A stretch of 64,000 nucleotides of DNA from an uncultured delta proteobacterium (GCA_963796055.1 CAWCKH010000001.1:32001-96000); one strand, 5' to 3'; shown: positions 49,401-60,367, counted from the stretch's first letter. The notes: generated by a model not told the origin, from the letters alone. Made by a program: numbers and translations.

Positions 49401-50153
49401 TTACTCCGCCTGCCCGGCGGCCGGGGCTCCCCGTCGCTTCAGGACTCCCGCTTTGTCGACAAAGAACGGTTCGGGAAGGAGCGACTCCACCTTTTCGCGG
49501 TACCCCTGAACTCCGAAGCCGCTCCGGGCGATGGCCTCGATCGCGGCGGTCTGCACCCGGCGTGCGGTCTCGGGGCCGGTGAGGAGCTTCAGCATCGGCT
49601 CGCGGGCCTCCGGGTAGGCCCGGGGGGCGAGCGCGCGGAGGCCGGCGATCTTCACGTCGTCCGCCATGTCGTCCAGGAAGGGCAGCAGCCGCGGCGCGAG
49701 GCGTGGGTCGTCGAGCGACTCGGCCTCGTGGAGGAGGACCAGCTTCTTCTCCGGATCGCGGGTGTACACCTCGGCCACCTCGCCCAGGTGCTCCACCACC
49801 ACCGTGACGTACCGGTCGGCGGGGAGGATCTCCCGGAGGAGCCGCATCGCCCAGGAGCTGGCCTGGTCGTTCCGCCGGAGGAAGGTGCGGATCGGCTCGA
49901 CCGCCGCCTCGCCCCGGGCCCGGACCAGGCCGAAGACGTGCTCCTTCTCGTCGGTGTCGGTGGTGGCGGGCTCGACGGTGATGGTGAAGCGGGCGAGCAG
50001 CGACGTTGTGGCCTCGGGGAACTCCATCTCCCCGAGCTGCTGGATGGCCTTCTGCCGCGGCTCGGGGCCGCCGTACTTCTGGATCACCTTGGCCTTCAGC
50101 TTGGTGGCGCGCTCGGGGCTCTTGCCGCCGCCGAAGATGTCGAGGATGCCCAC
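49401..50153 (-). CDS. HEAT-repeat protein
   Basis: Helical repeats RQKAIQQLG, DDVKIAGLRAL, RVQTAAIEAI. Confidence 0.7.
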   Translation of the reverse strand: MGILDIFGGGKSPERATKLKAKVIQKYGGPEPRQKAIQQLGEMEFPEATTSLLARFTITVEPATTDTDEKEHVFGLVRARGEAAVEPIRTFLRRNDQASSWAMRLLREILPADRYVTVVVEHLGEVAEVYTRDPEKKLVLLHEAESLDDPRLAPRLLPFLDDMADDVKIAGLRALAPRAYPEAREPMLKLLTGPETARRVQTAAIEAIARSGFGVQGYREKVESLLPEPFFVDKAGVLKRRGAPAAGQAE

Positions 50154-50177
50154 GGGCGAGAAGTCTCCTTCTGGGGG

Positions 50178-50612
50178 TCAGCGACCGAGGTAGACCAGCA
50201 CCACCTCGCGGCGGTGGGCACGGGTCCGGTGCTCGTAGAGGTAGATGGCTTGCCAGGTGCCGAGGGCGAGCGCGCCCTCCACCACCGGGATGCAGAGCGA
50301 GGTCTGGGTGAGCGCCGCGCGGACGTGGCTGGGCATGTCGTCCGGGCCCTCGGCGGCGTGGTGGAAGAGCCGGTCACCGTCGGGGACGAGCCGGGCGAAG
50401 AAGCGCTCGAGGTCGGAGCGCACCTCCGGATCGGCGTTCTCCTGGACCACCAGGCTGGCCGAGGTGTGGCGGATGAAGCAGGTGACGACGCCCGTCCGGG
50501 GACCGGGAGCGGCGACCTTGAGGCGCTCGACGAAGTCGGTCACCTCGCGGGTGATGTCGTGCATCCCGCGCCCGCGGGTGGAGACGCTGAGGGTGTGCGA
50601 CTGGGGATCCAT
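50178..50612 (-). CDS. yjbQ: YjbQ/UPF0047 family protein
   Basis: HTSASLVVQENADP, H..EGPDDMPSH, LGTWQAIYLYEHR. Confidence 0.9.
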   Translation of the reverse strand: MDPQSHTLSVSTRGRGMHDITREVTDFVERLKVAAPGPRTGVVTCFIRHTSASLVVQENADPEVRSDLERFFARLVPDGDRLFHHAAEGPDDMPSHVRAALTQTSLCIPVVEGALALGTWQAIYLYEHRTRAHRREVVLVYLGR

Positions 50613-50631
50613 CGAACGGGCAGCCAGCATC

Positions 50632-51813
50632 TCAGAGGCGCAGGTCGGCGCGCACGTCGTGGGTGTAGGAGCGCCCCAGGGTCTCCGCGGCGGCCTTGAC
50701 CTCGGGGGTGGTCTTTTCCGGAACCATGACGCGCAGCTCGAAGTACAGGTCGCCGCGGCCCTTGCCTCGGAGCGCGGGGACGCCCTGGCCCTTGAGCCGG
50801 AGCTTCCGGCCGGACTGGCTGTGCGGCGGAATGGTGACGGTCACCTCGCCGGTGAAGGTGGGTGCGCGCACCTGCGCCCCGAGCAGCGCCTCGGGCAGGG
50901 TGATGGGCAGCGGGATGTAGAGATCGTCACCCTCCCGACGGACGAGCGGATGCGGCTCGAGCTGCACCTCGAGGAAGAGGTCGCCTGGTGGTCCACCGAG
51001 AAAGCCGGCCGCGCCCTGGCCCGCGACGCGCACCTGCGAGCCGGCCTGGACGCCGGGCGGAATCTTCACCGTCACCCGGCTGGTCTCCTCGACCCGGCCG
51101 GTGCCACCACACATGTCGCAGGGGGGAGCGACCTTGCCGCTGCCGCCGCACGTCGGGCAGGTGCTGGTCATCGAGAGGGGCCCGCGCCCCTGGCGAATCT
51201 TCCCCGAGCCCTTGCACGTCGGGCAGGTCTCCGGTTTCCCGAAATGTCCAGAGCCTTTGCACTTCGGGCAGCGTCCGGGCCGGGTGATGGAGAGGCTGCG
51301 CTCGGTTCCGGTGACCGCCTCGCGGAGCGAGATCCGCACGGTGGCGTGGAGGTCCTCGCCGCGGGTCGGTCCCTCGGCCTCCCCACGCCCGAAGAGGTCC
51401 TCCATCCCACCACCACCGGGGGCACCGGCACGCCGGTTGCGGAACAGATCGCCGAGGAGGTCTCCGAGGTCGAAGCCCTCCATGTCGGGCATTCCGCCTG
51501 CCCCTCCGAAGCCGCCCCCGGGGGCGCCGCCCCGGCTCGCCGCGTCGCGGTACGCCCGGAAGGCCTCGGCCTTCTTCGGGTCGTAGCCCAGCTTGGCCGC
51601 GTCCTCGCCGAACTCGTCGTACAGCTTGCGCTTCTCGGAATTGGACAGGACCTCGAAAGCAGCGCTCACCTGCTTGAACTTCTCCTCGGCGGCCTTGTTG
51701 CCGGGGTTCACGTCCGGGTGGTACTTGCGCGCGAGCTTCCGGTACGCCTTCTTGATCTCGTCCTCACTGGCGCCGCGAGAGACGCCGAGCAGCTGGTAGA
51801 GGTCCTCAGCCAT
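50632..51813 (-). CDS. dnaJ: DnaJ chaperone
   Basis: J-domain HPD, G/F region, four CxxCxGxG repeats. Confidence 0.92.
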   Translation of the reverse strand: MAEDLYQLLGVSRGASEDEIKKAYRKLARKYHPDVNPGNKAAEEKFKQVSAAFEVLSNSEKRKLYDEFGEDAAKLGYDPKKAEAFRAYRDAASRGGAPGGGFGGAGGMPDMEGFDLGDLLGDLFRNRRAGAPGGGGMEDLFGRGEAEGPTRGEDLHATVRISLREAVTGTERSLSITRPGRCPKCKGSGHFGKPETCPTCKGSGKIRQGRGPLSMTSTCPTCGGSGKVAPPCDMCGGTGRVEETSRVTVKIPPGVQAGSQVRVAGQGAAGFLGGPPGDLFLEVQLEPHPLVRREGDDLYIPLPITLPEALLGAQVRAPTFTGEVTVTIPPHSQSGRKLRLKGQGVPALRGKGRGDLYFELRVMVPEKTTPEVKAAAETLGRSYTHDVRADLRL

Positions 51814-51874
51814 GCAGTCGAGGCAGCTTAACCGTCCGCGATACCTACGCCAGTGGACGGGACTCCTGGCGTCG

Positions 51875-52522
51875 ATGGGTGTCCTCCTCTGCGCGCACCC
51901 GGTGCAGGCGCGGGTCCTCGACCGGGTGGTGGCGCTGGTGGACGGGCGCGTGCTCAGCTGGAGCCAGCTGGACTTCGAGGCCCGGGTGATGCTCATCGAT
52001 CGCGGGGGAGTGGAGGCCGCCACGGCGCCGCTGGACGCCTCGACGATCCAGAACGCGCTGGACCTGGCCATCGCCCAGCGCGCGGCGGCCGCCGAGGCGG
52101 ACAAGCTCAACGCCTATCCGGTGGAGCCGGCGGAGATCGACCAGCGGCTGCGCACCTTCGAGTCGCGCTTCCCGACCCCCGCCGCCTTCCAGACATTTCT
52201 CAAGGCGCACGACGCGGACCGGGCGGCGCTGGCCGAGGTGCTCGCCCGCGCGCTGCGGACCGAGAAGTTCGTCGAGGGGCGGGTGCGGCTGCGCTCGCAG
52301 GTGCCGGAGAGCGAGGTGCGCAAGGCCTGGGAGGCGGACCGGGGAGGGCGGAGCTGGGAGGAGGCCCGCGGTCCGCTGCGGGAGCGGATGCAGCGCGAGC
52401 GGGCCTACGTGCTCGCCCGCGAGGCGCTCGGACAGCTGCGAGCCTCCATCCCGGTGCGGATCATCGCCCGGCCCGAGGAGCTGGCGCGCGACCAGCTCGG
52501 GCTCGGGGAGGCCGCGCGGTGA
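51875..52522 (+). CDS. SurA N-terminal-like periplasmic protein
   Basis: AxA-like cleavage site then [19 protein letters not shown]; no PPIase domain; start uncertain. Confidence 0.6.
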   Translation: MGVLLCAHPVQARVLDRVVALVDGRVLSWSQLDFEARVMLIDRGGVEAATAPLDASTIQNALDLAIAQRAAAAEADKLNAYPVEPAEIDQRLRTFESRFPTPAAFQTFLKAHDADRAALAEVLARALRTEKFVEGRVRLRSQVPESEVRKAWEADRGGRSWEEARGPLRERMQRERAYVLAREALGQLRASIPVRIIARPEELARDQLGLGEAAR

Positions 52523-52998
52523 GGAAGCTCCGGGACAGCCCCGGGGGGGCCTTCCAGCTTCGCCCGATGACCTCGGCGGATCTGCCCCGGGTGATGGAGA
52601 TCGAGCAGGTGGCCTTCCGCAATCCCTGGAGCCGGGACCTCCTGGCACGCGAGCTGGGTCACGACTGGTCGACCATCCTGGTGGCCGAGGAGCCGGGCGC
52701 CCGGGGGATGACGCTCCTGGGGTTCGTCATCTTCTGGGTGGTGCATGACGAGCTGCACGTGCTGAACGTGGCGACCGCGCCGGAGCACCGGCGCCGGGGG
52801 GTGGCCCGGGCGGTCCTCCAGGCGGCGCTGGACGCCGGACGGCAGAGGCGGTGCACCCTGGGCACCCTGGAGGTCCGGCGGAGCAACGCCGCGGCGCTGG
52901 AGCTGTACCGGGCGTTCGGATTCCGGCCGGTGGGAATCCGGCCGAACTACTACGTGGACGAGGGCGAGGACGCGATCGTCATGGTGCTGGACCTGTAG
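52519..52998 (+). CDS. rimI: Ribosomal protein S18 N-acetyltransferase
   Basis: IEQVAF.NPWS, ELHVLNVAT.PEHRRRG, LEVRRSN, RPNYY..EDAIVM. Confidence 0.92.
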   Translation: MRKLRDSPGGAFQLRPMTSADLPRVMEIEQVAFRNPWSRDLLARELGHDWSTILVAEEPGARGMTLLGFVIFWVVHDELHVLNVATAPEHRRRGVARAVLQAALDAGRQRRCTLGTLEVRRSNAAALELYRAFGFRPVGIRPNYYVDEGEDAIVMVLDL

Positions 52999-53153
52999 GT
53001 CAGGGCCGCCGCAGCCGAGGTCCACGGTGAAGTGGTCTCAAGCTCCAATAGTCGGCGGGGTCAGGGCGGCGGAGACATCTAGGTCAGGGCCGCAGCCGAG
53101 GTCCACGGTGAAGTGGTCTCAAGCTCCAATAGTCGGCGGGGTCAGGGCGGCGG
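52996..53153. repeat. Tandem direct repeat (77 and 74 bp units, 7-bp spacer)
   Basis: 52996-53072 and 53080-53153 are identical except for one 3-bp indel. Confidence 0.95.
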
Positions 53154-53176
53154 CTCCGAGCCTCGAGGCGTGATGC

Positions 53177-53206
53177 TTGACTCGCTGTGACGCACCGTTA
53201 TAGACC
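53177..53206 (+). promoter_or_regulatory. sigma70-type promoter of rpsL
   Basis: TTGACT-N16-TATAGA (or N18-TAGACC). Confidence 0.6.
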
Positions 53207-53283
53207 GCGCCCTCTTTTCGGGGGCTTCCGCGGGTCACGTGTGTCCGGCGGTCGCCGCCGTTGGTACGACGGACAAGGGACGG

Positions 53284-53655
53284 ATGCCGACCATCAGTCA
53301 GCTGGTGCGCAAGGGGCGCGAGAAGCTCGTGGTGAAGGGGAAGAGCCCCGCGCTCAAGGAGTCTCCCCAGAAACGTGGGGTGTGCACCCGCGTCTACACC
53401 ACCACTCCGAAGAAGCCGAACTCGGCGCTGCGGAAGGTGGCCCGGGTGCGGCTGACCAACGGCATCGAGGTGACCTCGTACATTCCCGGGGTGGGTCACA
53501 ACCTCCAGGAGCACTCGGTGGTGATGATCCGCGGAGGCCGGGTGAAGGACCTGCCAGGCGTGCGCTACCACATCATCCGCGGCACCCTGGACGCGGTCGG
53601 GGTCCAGGGCCGGAAGCAGGGTCGCAGCAAGTACGGCGCGAAGCGCCCGAGCTAA
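53284..53655 (+). CDS. rpsL: 30S ribosomal protein S12
   Basis: MPTISQLVR...[11 protein letters not shown]...[13 protein letters not shown]. Confidence 0.99.
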   Translation: MPTISQLVRKGREKLVVKGKSPALKESPQKRGVCTRVYTTTPKKPNSALRKVARVRLTNGIEVTSYIPGVGHNLQEHSVVMIRGGRVKDLPGVRYHIIRGTLDAVGVQGRKQGRSKYGAKRPS

Positions 53656-53670
53656 AGGAACCGGAACCAG

Positions 53671-54141
53671 ATGCCTCGTCGTCGCGTCGTCGCCAAGCGG
53701 AAGATCCTCCCCGACCCGAAGTTCCAGGACCGGCTGGTCACCAAGTTCGTCAACGACCTGATGCGCAAGGGCAAGAAGTCAATCGCCGAGCGCGTCTGCT
53801 ACGGCGCCTTCGCCCTGATCGAGGAGCGGGCGAAGGAGGAGCCGCTCCGCACCTTCAAGAAGGCGCTGGACAACGTGAAGCCGGTCCTGGAGGTCAAGAG
53901 CCGCCGGGTCGGTGGGGCGACCTACCAGGTGCCGGTCGAGGTCCGCCAGGACCGCCGGGTGGCGCTCGGGATGCGCTGGCTGATCACCTACGCCAAGGCC
54001 CGGGGCGAGAAGACGATGGAGGAGAAGCTGGCCGGCGAGATCATGGACGCGGCCAACAACCGTGGCAACGCGGTGAAGAAGCGCGAGGACACGCACAAGA
54101 TGGCCGAGGCCAACAAGGCCTTCGCCCACTATCGCTGGTAA
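53671..54141 (+). CDS. rpsG: 30S ribosomal protein S7
   Basis: MPRRR...[12 protein letters not shown]...[13 protein letters not shown]. Confidence 0.99.
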   Translation: MPRRRVVAKRKILPDPKFQDRLVTKFVNDLMRKGKKSIAERVCYGAFALIEERAKEEPLRTFKKALDNVKPVLEVKSRRVGGATYQVPVEVRQDRRVALGMRWLITYAKARGEKTMEEKLAGEIMDAANNRGNAVKKREDTHKMAEANKAFAHYRW

Positions 54142-54210
54142 GCAGCCCCGCAGTGTTGCGATGTTCCGACGGCCGGTGTCCCCGGCCGTTGTCGTTTGTA
54201 GAGACGAACC

Positions 54211-56304
54211 ATGCCCCGCGACTTCCCGCTCGAGCGCTACCGCAACATCGGCATCATGGCGCACATCGATGCCGGGAAGACGACCACCACCGAGCGGATC
54301 CTCTTCTACACCGGCACCATCCACAAGATGGGTGACGTGGACGACGCCAACACCACCACCGACTGGATGGTGCAGGAGCGCGAGCGGGGCATCACCATCA
54401 CCTCGGCGGCGATCACCGCCTTCTGGAACCGCGGGGACCAGCGTTACCGGATCAACATCATCGACACCCCGGGGCACGTGGACTTCACCATCGAGGTGGA
54501 GCGGAGCCTCCGTGTCTTGGACGGCGCCATCGCGGTGTTCGACGCGGCCAACGGCGTCGAGCCGCAGAGCGAGACGGTGTGGCGCCAGGCGGACCGCTAC
54601 GGGGTCCCGCGGATCTGCTTCATCAACAAGATGGACCGGCTGGGGGCAGACTTCGAGATGTCGGTCCGCAGCATCCGGGAAAAGCTCCACGCCAACGCAG
54701 TGCCGGTGCAGATCCCCTGGGGCGCGGAGGATCAGCACCAGGGGGTGATCGACCTGGTGCGGATGAAGGGCATCACCTTCGACGAGTCCGAGCTGGGGAG
54801 CCGCTTCGAGCTGGTGGACATCCCGCCCGCGCTGCTCGAGCAGGCCAAGGCTGCGCGGACCCACCTGGTCGAGGCCTGCGCCGAGCAGGACGACCACGTG
54901 ATGCAGCTCTATCTGGACGGGAAGGAGCCATCGGAAGCCGAGCTGCTGGCCGCGCTCCGCAAGGGCTGCATCGCCCGGAAGGTCTTCCCCGTCCTCTGCG
55001 GCTCTGCCTTCAAGCACAAGGGGGTGCAGCCGCTGCTGGACGCGGTGGTGGACTTCCTGCCCTCGCCGCTGGACATCCCCCCGGTCCACGGCAAGGACCC
55101 CCGGACGGGCAACGACGTGGTCCGGGAGACCAGCGACACCGCGCCCTTTGCCGCGCTGGCGTTCAAGATCATGACCGACCCCTTCGTGGGGACCTTGACC
55201 TTCATCCGCGTGTACTCGGGACGGCTGGCGACGGGGATGGCGGCGTGGAACCCGGCCAAGCGGAAGCGGGAGCGCATCGGGCGGCTGGTGCAGATGCGGG
55301 CCGACAAGCGGGACGAGATCGACGAGGTGCTGGCGGGAGACATCGCCGCGGCGGTGGGGCTGAAGCTGACCGTCACCGGCGACACGCTCTGCGACGAGCA
55401 CCACCCGATCGTCCTGGAGCGGATGGAGTTCCCCGAGCCGGTGATCGACATCGCCATCGAGCCGAAGACCAAGGCCGACCAGGACAAGCTCGGGACGTCG
55501 TTGCAGAAGCTGGCGACGGAGGACCCCTCGTTCCGGGTGCGGACCGACCCCGAGAGCGGCCAGACGCTGATCGCCGGGATGGGCGAGCTGCATCTGGAGA
55601 TCATCGTCGACCGGCTTCTGCGGGAGTTCAAGGTCGAGGCCAACGTCGGAAAGCCCCAGGTGGCGTACCGGGAGACCATCACCCAGCCGGTGGAGGCGCG
55701 CGGGCAGTACGTGCGCCAGTCCGGTGGGCGCGGGCAGTACGGCGACATCGTGCTGCGGCTCTCGCCGAACGAGCCGGGGAAGGGCTTCACCAGCAAGAAC
55801 TCCATCGTCGGGGGGAAGGTGCCGAAGGAGTTCGTGGAGGCGGCGTTCCAGGGCGCCCGGGAGTCGATGAGCAACGGACCGCTGGCCGGCTACCCGATGG
55901 TGGACGTGCACGCCGAGGCCATCGACGGCAGCTTTCACGAGGTGGACTCGAACGAGGTGGCCTTCCGCATCGCGGGATCGATGGCGGTCCGCGAGGGTGC
56001 GCCGAGGGCCGGGCCGGTGCTGCTCGAGCCGGTCATGTCCATCGAGGTGGTGACGCCCGAGGAGTTCATGGGTGACGTCATCGGCGATCTGAACGCTCGG
56101 CGGGGGAAGGTGGTGGGGATGGAGCCGAAGAGCGGCGCGCAGCACATCCAGGGACAGGTGCCGCTGGCGACCATGTTCGGCTACGCCACCGACCTGCGGA
56201 GCAGGACGCAGGGCCGGGCGACGTACACCATGCAGTTCAGCCATTACGCGGGAGTGCCGAAGCCGGTCTCGGACGAGATCGTCGCCCGCATTCGCGGGCA
56301 CTGA
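54211..56304 (+). CDS. fusA: Elongation factor G
   Basis: [44 protein letters not shown]. Confidence 0.98.
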   Translation: MPRDFPLERYRNIGIMAHIDAGKTTTTERILFYTGTIHKMGDVDDANTTTDWMVQERERGITITSAAITAFWNRGDQRYRINIIDTPGHVDFTIEVERSLRVLDGAIAVFDAANGVEPQSETVWRQADRYGVPRICFINKMDRLGADFEMSVRSIREKLHANAVPVQIPWGAEDQHQGVIDLVRMKGITFDESELGSRFELVDIPPALLEQAKAARTHLVEACAEQDDHVMQLYLDGKEPSEAELLAALRKGCIARKVFPVLCGSAFKHKGVQPLLDAVVDFLPSPLDIPPVHGKDPRTGNDVVRETSDTAPFAALAFKIMTDPFVGTLTFIRVYSGRLATGMAAWNPAKRKRERIGRLVQMRADKRDEIDEVLAGDIAAAVGLKLTVTGDTLCDEHHPIVLERMEFPEPVIDIAIEPKTKADQDKLGTSLQKLATEDPSFRVRTDPESGQTLIAGMGELHLEIIVDRLLREFKVEANVGKPQVAYRETITQPVEARGQYVRQSGGRGQYGDIVLRLSPNEPGKGFTSKNSIVGGKVPKEFVEAAFQGARESMSNGPLAGYPMVDVHAEAIDGSFHEVDSNEVAFRIAGSMAVREGAPRAGPVLLEPVMSIEVVTPEEFMGDVIGDLNARRGKVVGMEPKSGAQHIQGQVPLATMFGYATDLRSRTQGRATYTMQFSHYAGVPKPVSDEIVARIRGH

Positions 56305-56408
56305 GCGTCGACGGGCGGTACCCGTGCGCCGCTCCGCGGGAGGGCCCTCCGGACCTTTGTCGGCGGGTCGAGCCGCAGAAGTACGTGTGCCAGTGAACGC
56401 GTCGACCG

Positions 56409-57644
56409 TCAGCTGCGTGTCTTCCCGAGCTGGAGCACATGGTCCATCAGCGGGTCGTAGTGCTCTTTCCGGATCACGTCCTTCCATGCCGGCATCCGCG
56501 TCCCGGGCCTGATGCTGGGCGCCTCCTGGATCCAGAGCTTCAGCGTCTCGCGGGTGGGAAAGTGCTCGCCGGCCTCGCGGAGGTCCCCGATGCCCACCCC
56601 GTCGTCGCCGTGGCAGGAGACGCAGCCGTACTGCTCGTAGAGGCTCTTTCCGTCGAGCTTCGCCCCGGCGGTGGGCGCCGCGGGCGCGGGGGCGTTCCTG
56701 GCGATCGCGTGCCGCAGCGGCGGGACAGTGCGCAGGTAGGCGTAGATGGCGAGAGCCTCCTCCTCGCTCAAGTCGGGCATGGGCAACATCGGGTAGCGGA
56801 TGAGCGAGCGGTCCGGCCGGAAGCCGGTGCGAAGGGCGTTGACGAAGTCGTGCTCCAACCAGCGGCCGATTCCGGTCTCGGTGTCCGGGGTGAGGTTGGC
56901 GGAGGGGACTGGCTGCCGCCGAAGGTCGAGCAGCGGATTACCGCCGCCCATGTAGCCGACCGACTTCTCGGGCTCGGCGATGTTCATCGTCTTGAAGTCC
57001 GCCGAGTGGCAGCCGTAGCACTCGAGCGCGGCGACGAGGTATCGCCCGTGCGCCACCCGGTCGGTCACCGGTGGGGCGGTGATGGGGCGGTCGGGGTAGG
57101 GGAGCTTCTTGAACGCCACATGGCAGAGGAGCTTGGTCAGGAACGAGGGCCGGGTGACGCCGGGCGGGTCCCGGTCGGACGCCTCGACCATCGAGTCATC
57201 CGAGCGGAGGAAGGCGATGATCGAGGCGAGGTCCTCGTCGGAGATGTGAGGGAGCTTCACCATCCAGGGCGGCGTGTACTGGCCATCGCGCTTCACCCCG
57301 GTGCGCAGGAGGTAGGCGATCTCGCCGTCGGTCCAGCTCCCGATGCCCTTGGTCGGGTGCCGGGTGATGTTCACGGAGTAGATGAGGCCGAACTCCGTCG
57401 GAGCGTCGACCATCTGCTTGCCGGTGAGCTGGCGGGTGGTCGGGTCCATGTGGCAGCTGGCGCAGAGCGTGCTGACCAGCACCTTCCCCCGGGCGAGCCG
57501 CTCCGGCGTCGGATCCGCCTTGAAGGTCACCTTCTCGACGGGGTAGCGGGGGATCCCGTCGATCTGGACGTAGAGGAGGAGGCCGCCCACCAGCAGGGCG
57601 ATGGCGGCGAGGGCGACCGCGATGATCTTCAGGGCTCGGCGCAT
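56409..57644 (-). CDS. Membrane-anchored tri-heme c-type cytochrome
   Basis: N-terminal TM; CASCH, CYGCH, CVSCH; NIT/NLTPD..TGIG repeats. Confidence 0.88.
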   Translation of the reverse strand: MRRALKIIAVALAAIALLVGGLLLYVQIDGIPRYPVEKVTFKADPTPERLARGKVLVSTLCASCHMDPTTRQLTGKQMVDAPTEFGLIYSVNITRHPTKGIGSWTDGEIAYLLRTGVKRDGQYTPPWMVKLPHISDEDLASIIAFLRSDDSMVEASDRDPPGVTRPSFLTKLLCHVAFKKLPYPDRPITAPPVTDRVAHGRYLVAALECYGCHSADFKTMNIAEPEKSVGYMGGGNPLLDLRRQPVPSANLTPDTETGIGRWLEHDFVNALRTGFRPDRSLIRYPMLPMPDLSEEEALAIYAYLRTVPPLRHAIARNAPAPAAPTAGAKLDGKSLYEQYGCVSCHGDDGVGIGDLREAGEHFPTRETLKLWIQEAPSIRPGTRMPAWKDVIRKEHYDPLMDHVLQLGKTRS

Positions 57645-57654
57645 GGACGCGCCC

Positions 57655-58623
57655 CTATAGACCATCCGCTGTCGGGTCGCAGCGGCGAACCCCGGTATCA
57701 CGCGGAAGCCGGCGTTGCTGCACGCGGCGCCAGTACGCGCCAGGGGTGGTTCCGACCTCTCGCCGAAAGGCGCGGCAGAGCCCGGAGACGCTGGCGAATC
57801 CGGTCTCCTGGGCGACCCGCTCCAGCGGGTGGACGCCGTCCTCGAGCAGCTGGAGGACGCGCTGGATGCGAAGCTGCTGGGCGATGGCCCGAGGGCCGAC
57901 GCCGCTCGAGCGCTTCACCCGGGCGCTGAGCCGGCGGGCTGCCCGCTGCGAGGTGCAAGCGAGGCTCCTGGCCGGATCCCGCGTCGGCAGCTCGGCCTGG
58001 TCATCGAAGCAGGTGCGGAGGACGGGGTCCGAGAGTGCTCCCATCCACCCTTCGGTGCTGCCAAATCCGGTGGTGGCCTGGATCCGGAGCGCCTGCACCA
58101 CCAGGATCTGGAGGAGAAGCTGGACGATGGCGTCCGCGCCTATCCGGGGCATCGAGAGCTCCTCGAGCAGCCCGTCGAGGATCGGCCGATACGAGCGCGG
58201 GAGTGGGATCTGCCGCGAACCGACGGCGACCGCCTCGGGGAGGTGATGGGCGGGCCCCGGCCTGTGGCCCATCGCGATCCTCGTGGAGAGGAGCTGGACC
58301 GCCTCCGGCGTGCCCGGAGGAAAGGGCGCTCTGTGGATCGATCGGCCCGCTGACCAGTCGAACCGGCCAGAAGCCTCGAGCCACGGGCCGTGCGCCTGCA
58401 GGGTCGCGGCGGCGGCTCCGGAAAGAAACAGCAGTGAGCCCTCGCCGAGGCCGATGGAGTGGTGAGCCACCCGCGCCGAGAGGCTGCACCGCCCTCGCCG
58501 GACGAGATGCAGGGAGGGAGGTCCAGCCGGGAACTGGACTGCCCAGCGGCCCTCGAACGTGTGCACGACGGGCGGCTCGCACCGCAGGGCGAGGTGACCG
58601 ACGAGCTCACTGAGGAGGTCCAT
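57655..58623 (-). CDS. AraC-family regulator (cupin plus HTH)
   Basis: MDLLSEL...WAVQFP...HLVRRG; VAQETGFASVSGLCRAFRREVGTTP. Confidence 0.82.
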   Translation of the reverse strand: MDLLSELVGHLALRCEPPVVHTFEGRWAVQFPAGPPSLHLVRRGRCSLSARVAHHSIGLGEGSLLFLSGAAAATLQAHGPWLEASGRFDWSAGRSIHRAPFPPGTPEAVQLLSTRIAMGHRPGPAHHLPEAVAVGSRQIPLPRSYRPILDGLLEELSMPRIGADAIVQLLLQILVVQALRIQATTGFGSTEGWMGALSDPVLRTCFDDQAELPTRDPARSLACTSQRAARRLSARVKRSSGVGPRAIAQQLRIQRVLQLLEDGVHPLERVAQETGFASVSGLCRAFRREVGTTPGAYWRRVQQRRLPRDTGVRRCDPTADGL

Positions 58624-59280
58624 GGCGGCGGTCCTCTGCAAGAGCAGGACGAGCGGCGCGGCCAGGCGCGCGGGGCCGGGGGCGCCCGACCCCAGCGACG
58701 GATACGTCCGCACCGACGGATGTTGGGGATCCTGAAACTCAAGGAAAGCCCGTCCCGAGAGACATATCGGGACGTGAAGTTGCACGCGGCGATCCGAAAC
58801 GATCTCAGGGTGGGGTGGGGGTGCCGGGGCACTCTGCACTTCTCGTACGTGGAAGGGTCCGTTTCGGGACGTGGGATTGCACTTGGCATCCCCGATCTGC
58901 ACTCCACGTTCCCGAGCACGTACTTCCCGAGGCAACCGAGGAGCGCCCGGGCATCCCTGCCCGGTCGGGAGATCGTTTGGGGATGCGGAATGCAAATTGG
59001 CGTTCCAAAAATGCCGGGCCGCGGTGTTCCGCCGTGTCGAGGGGCAGGCGCACGGGGCCGCGAGTCCGCCGCTGTGGATCCTGAGGAGCCCGTCTCTTGC
59101 AACCCGGCGCGCTCGCAATCAAGGCCAGCGCGTTCCAGCTCGAGGCGGCGGCCCCAGCCTGACCGGCGTCCTCTCAGGGCGCGCGTCGACCAAGCGAAGG
59201 ACTCTGGCCAGCCCTCCCCTGGACGAGGGACGTTGCGCACCCCCTGTCTCTCCCGGCCCCTCCATGGCAGAACGCGCGCC

Positions 59281-60267
59281 ATGAAGGCGCTCCACATCGC
59301 CGCCCACGGCCCGGTGGCGGCGCTGAAACCGGTAGACGTCCCCGCCCCCCGGCTGCTCGACGCCCAGGTCCGCGTGCAGGTCGAGGCCGCGGGCGTGAAC
59401 CCAAGCGACGTGGTCAGTGCCGAGGGCCGGTTCCCGCACGCAGTCCTTCCCCGCATCCTCGGCCGCGACTTCGCCGGGCGCGTCGTCGAGGGTCCGCCCG
59501 AGCTCATCGGCGCTGCCGTCTGGGGGAGTGGTGGCGACCTCGGCATCACCCGCGACGGCTCGCACGCGGAAGAGCTCGCCCTGCCGGTCGCCGGCGTCTC
59601 CCGCCGCCCCACAAGTCTCAGCCCGGAGCAGGCGGCGAGCGCGGGTGTGCCGTTCATCACCGCCTGGACCTGCCTGGTCGAAGCGGCGCATCTCCAGTCC
59701 GGCGAGACGGTGGTCGTCTCCGGTGCCGCGGGGGCGGTCGGATGGGCCGCGGTGGAGCTGGCGGCGGCGCTCGGCGCGCGGGTGATCGGGCTGGTGAGGG
59801 ATGCCGAGGAGGCCGCGCGGGTGGACCGGACCCGTGTGGCGGGTGTGGCGCGTTCGGACGCCGGCGATCTCCTGGACGTCGTCCGGCAGGTGACGGGTGG
59901 CCGTGGCGCGCAGGTGGCTCTGAACGGGGTGGGCGCCCCCATCTTCCCCGCGCTGCTGGGCAGCCTGAGCGAGGGCGGTCGGCTGTGCGTCTACTCCGCG
60001 GTGGCAGGACGCGAGGTCGCCCTCGATCTCTTCGACTTCTATCGCCGGCGGCTGGCGCTGCTGGGGATCAACACCGCGGTCGTGACCGCCGAGGCCGGCG
60101 CCCGCGTCCTCGACCAGCTGCGTCCACTCTTCGAGGCTGGCCAGCTGCGCCCACACCCGATGCTGGAGCTGTTCCCGCTGGACGATGCGGCGCTGGCCTA
60201 CAGTCAGGTCGCTCGTGGATCGGCGAGCAAGGTGGTCCTCGTTCCCAGGGCTGCCGCCCGGTCCTGA
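59281..60267 (+). CDS. MDR-family NADPH:quinone oxidoreductase-like protein
   Basis: AAGVNPSD, LGRDFAG, VSGAAGAVG, KVVL. Confidence 0.9.
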   Translation: MKALHIAAHGPVAALKPVDVPAPRLLDAQVRVQVEAAGVNPSDVVSAEGRFPHAVLPRILGRDFAGRVVEGPPELIGAAVWGSGGDLGITRDGSHAEELALPVAGVSRRPTSLSPEQAASAGVPFITAWTCLVEAAHLQSGETVVVSGAAGAVGWAAVELAAALGARVIGLVRDAEEAARVDRTRVAGVARSDAGDLLDVVRQVTGGRGAQVALNGVGAPIFPALLGSLSEGGRLCVYSAVAGREVALDLFDFYRRRLALLGINTAVVTAEAGARVLDQLRPLFEAGQLRPHPMLELFPLDDAALAYSQVARGSASKVVLVPRAAARS

Positions 60268-60367
60268 ACGTCAGCTGCCCCGCGTCATCCTCACCGCCTG
60301 CCACTCGGTGCCCCCCGAGGCCCGCTCGGGGAGGTATAGGGGAGCTCCACGCGAGGAGGATTTACCG

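Noticed and set aside
52996..53153. CRISPR array
   Set aside because: Only two ~75-bp units with a 7-bp gap, no unique spacers and no cas genes
58991..59006. sigma54 promoter TGGAACGCCAATTTGCA on the minus strand
   Set aside because: Spacing is GG-N11-GC rather than the required N10
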